DNA of 64,000 bases from Vitrella brassicaformis CCMP3155 (lineage: Eukaryota; Protista; Chromerida). Numbering within the stretch: position 1 is the stretch's first letter; every line of letters starts with the position of its first letter. Below the pieces are notes generated by a model. The model was not told the DNA's origin. It saw only the letters and a list, made by a program, of their open reading frames with translations, and did not search any database. The translations under genes and the position numbers were made by a program. The stretch covers positions 1 through 64,000 of the forward strand of contig CDMY01000442.1 of assembly GCA_001179505.1 (NCBI GenBank), written 5' to 3'. Shown here in pieces: positions 61,501 to 64,000 of the stretch.

Positions 61501-63736
61501 AACAACAACAACAACAACAACAAAACAGGACTACGAGAAGCTGCGTGGTATGATTGACGCACTGCCCGAGGGCGACCCCTTGCTGGCGGAGCTGGGGAGG
61601 CGGCTGACCACTGTGGGCCTGTGTGAGGCGGCTGTGGGTGCCTTCCTGCGGGTGGGGGACGTCAAGGCCGCTGTCGACAGCTGCGTCATACTCAACCAGT
61701 GGGACCTGGTATGGATGGCACCACACACGCACACACACACACACACAGACACAGTGACACACAGGGAGAGGGAGAGATCGGTGTGTTTCTGTGATGTGTG
61801 CTGCAGGCTGTAGATTTGGCCGAGAAGCATTCGTTTCAGCAGATCGAGACCCTCCTAGCCAAATATGCGCAGCACCTGCTAGACAAGACCAAAAAGGTCG
61901 GCCGGCACACCCCACACCCCATCCCATACATCAGCACCCTCAACTCACCCACACAGGCTGCACGCACCCGGTGGCTCTTGTGATGTGAGTGCCTGTCTGT
62001 CTGTCTGCAATGGCTGCAGCTAGAGGCAGTGCAGCTGTATCGGCGCGCCAACCGTCACCAGGAGGCGGCCCGTCTGCTGGCCCAGGTGGGCAAAACCCTC
62101 GGGCCGCCACAGTTCCACCCCGACAGACACAAAAAACTCCACCTACTCGCCGCTCTGGAGGTACGCACGTCGGGCCGCCAAGGGGGGCCGTGGAATGGGT
62201 GGGTGGACACACCTGAGTGGTGGTGCGGTGTGTGTGTGGTTGTGTTGTGTTGTGTTGTGTTGCGTTGTGTTGTGTTGTGTTTGTTGTCCAGGTAGAGAAG
62301 TACAAGAAGAAGACGTTTGATGGTGGGGGAGCGGGCGGCACAAACATCACCGCACAGACACTCAACTCGCTCATCACACAGGTACGTAGGTAAGGTACCT
62401 ACCTGGATGGATGGATGGATCGATATGGGTGGATCCATCCATCCATCCATCGGTGGCTTGTCTTGTTTGTCCCATCCAATGAACAGGACCAGACGATGCT
62501 GATGGCTGGGGACAAGTCGCTGGAGAACCCTTGGCGGGGCGTCGAGGCCTACCACGTCTACATGCTCGCACAAAAACAGCTCTTCGACGGGTGAGTGAGC
62601 CGAGCGGTCAGACCAGGCCAGACACACACATGTATTGTATTGTGTTCATCCCCCCCCTACTCTAGTCCCACGTGTGTGTATCTGTATGTGTATGTTGTAT
62701 TTGTGTGTGCCAGTTCGATGGAGGCAGCGCTTCGCAGCTGCATCCGTTTGGCCGACTACGAGGACCACCTGGACGTGCAGACCATCTACTCACTGCTCGC
62801 ACTCACTGCATACTACACCAAGTTCTTCCAGCAGGCATCAAAGGTCAGCCAGCCCAGCCCGGACACACACACACAGACAGAAGGCAGACCAAGACAGCAG
62901 CCGACCCGACTGCAGTCGCGTGTATGTGTATGTGTATGTGTTTGTTGTGTGTAGGCGTTCATCAAGCTGGAGGCCTCGCCGGACATTCCCAAGGTCACAC
63001 ACACACAAATATGCGTGTCAGCTGACATGACACACAGAGGCACTCCATATCATCTGTGTGTGGTGCTGACATCAATCAGGCCACCCGCCAGAAGTACGAA
63101 GACCTGGCACTAGCAATCTTCACCAAGTGAGTGACTGAGTGAGTGACTGAGCGAGATACCCACGCAATCACCTACCTCTACCAGCAAGGCGAGTTTGCAA
63201 ATCGTGTGCAGGCACCCGCCCCGCGATCCCGCCTCTCGCATGCTGCCGTGCCCTAGATGCAACACACCCATTGCCGACTGGTATGTATGTATGCATGTTG
63301 GCACAGAACTGCCTGCCTGTCTGAATGTGGGCATGCATGGCATGTGTGGCTGTCTGTCTGTCTGCCTGTCTGTCTGTCTGCAATGACTGCAGGACGGTGA
63401 TATGCCCCCACTGCAGCTATCGGCTGCCCTTCTGCGTCGCCTCGGGGCGGCCGATATTCAAAAAATACCTCACACCCGAAGCTGCGTCATCCTTGGCCGC
63501 ATCGGCCAGCAATGCTGTCGAGCCGGCGGCCAGCGAGACCATCCAGTGCAAGACCTGCAAGTGAGCATCCAGCCAGGCACAGACAGACAGACAGACACCA
63601 AGAGCGTGAATCCACCCACGTGTTGCAACCGGCTCATGTATTGTATTTCAGGCATCGCATGTACGCGTCTGAGGCGCGTCGGTTACGGCATTGCCCTTTC
63701 TGCCACTCTTTGCTCGTGCACAAGTACGTTAGCTGA
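56518..63736 (+). CDS. WDR35: WD repeat protein 35 / IFT121, intraflagellar transport complex A subunit (about 30 introns)
   Basis: [44 protein letters not shown]; [39 protein letters not shown]; [19 protein letters not shown]; [23 protein letters not shown]; [12 protein letters not shown]; C-terminal zinc-finger-like [28 protein letters not shown]. Confidence 0.97.
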
Positions 63737-64000
63737 GCTGGCCACCCTGACACGCACCGCACGCCGGATGGATGGACGGAGGAATTCGCCGGCTGGCTGG
63801 TGCTGGTGTAGGCAGATTCGTAGCGGTTTCTCAGACCCGTTTCTTGATGTTGTTGATATGATATGTGTATGGCGTGTGTATGTGTGTGGGTATGTGTGTG
63901 TCCTTGGCGTGGTGTGTACAGACCGGGCAGGGCAGGGCAAGACACAACGAATGCATGACATCGACATGCTTGAATAATGAATGCACTTGCGTGGTTTCTG

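Larger units (their letters stand above)
1..64000. repeat. Pervasive short microsatellites in introns, UTRs and convergent intergenic regions
   Basis: (GT/AC)n, (GGAT/ATCC)n, (CTGT/ACAG)n, (GCCT/AGGC)n and (GTGTT)n throughout. Examples: (GCTYT)n at about 26143-26194, (TTAGC)4 at about 39807-39826, (GCCAT)n at about 60097-60124, (AAC)n at about 61495-61522. Largely absent from exons and divergent promoters. Confidence 0.95.

Overview
Eukaryotic, intron-dense, GC-rich nuclear DNA. The short introns are packed with (GT)n, (CA)n, (GGAT)n and (CTGT)n microsatellites, and the gene content includes an apicomplexan-type ferlin, a RAP/HPR protein and IFT-A. This points to a myzozoan alveolate, most consistent with the chromerid Vitrella brassicaformis (inference from style, not a database match). 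I spliced about 19 protein-coding genes by hand. Well recognised: ferlin, RAP-domain protein, COP9 subunit CSN2, FKBP-TPR immunophilin, mitochondrial-type aspartate aminotransferase, HBS1-like GTPase, RPS21, a CAMK-group kinase and WDR35/IFT121. Less certain: a PH/coiled-coil protein, an acylated EF-hand protein, a coiled-coil protein with a GAR-like C-terminus, a tandem pair of Cys-rich secreted paralogues and several orphans. There are two 300-N gaps. I found no rRNA, tRNA, CRISPR array or intact transposon. The most interesting signals are architectural: (1) many introns carry AC repeats near the donor and complementary GT repeats near the acceptor in place of a polypyrimidine tract, suggesting structure-assisted splicing; (2) gene strands alternate almost perfectly, with compact bidirectional promoters, three of which share a TTGGAGTT(G)AGGGC motif; (3) six GC-AG introns; (4) a candidate 24-nt intron created by duplication of an AGGT site; (5) an undescribed secreted paralogue pair. 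All gene models are manual and exon boundaries are unverified by RNA data.
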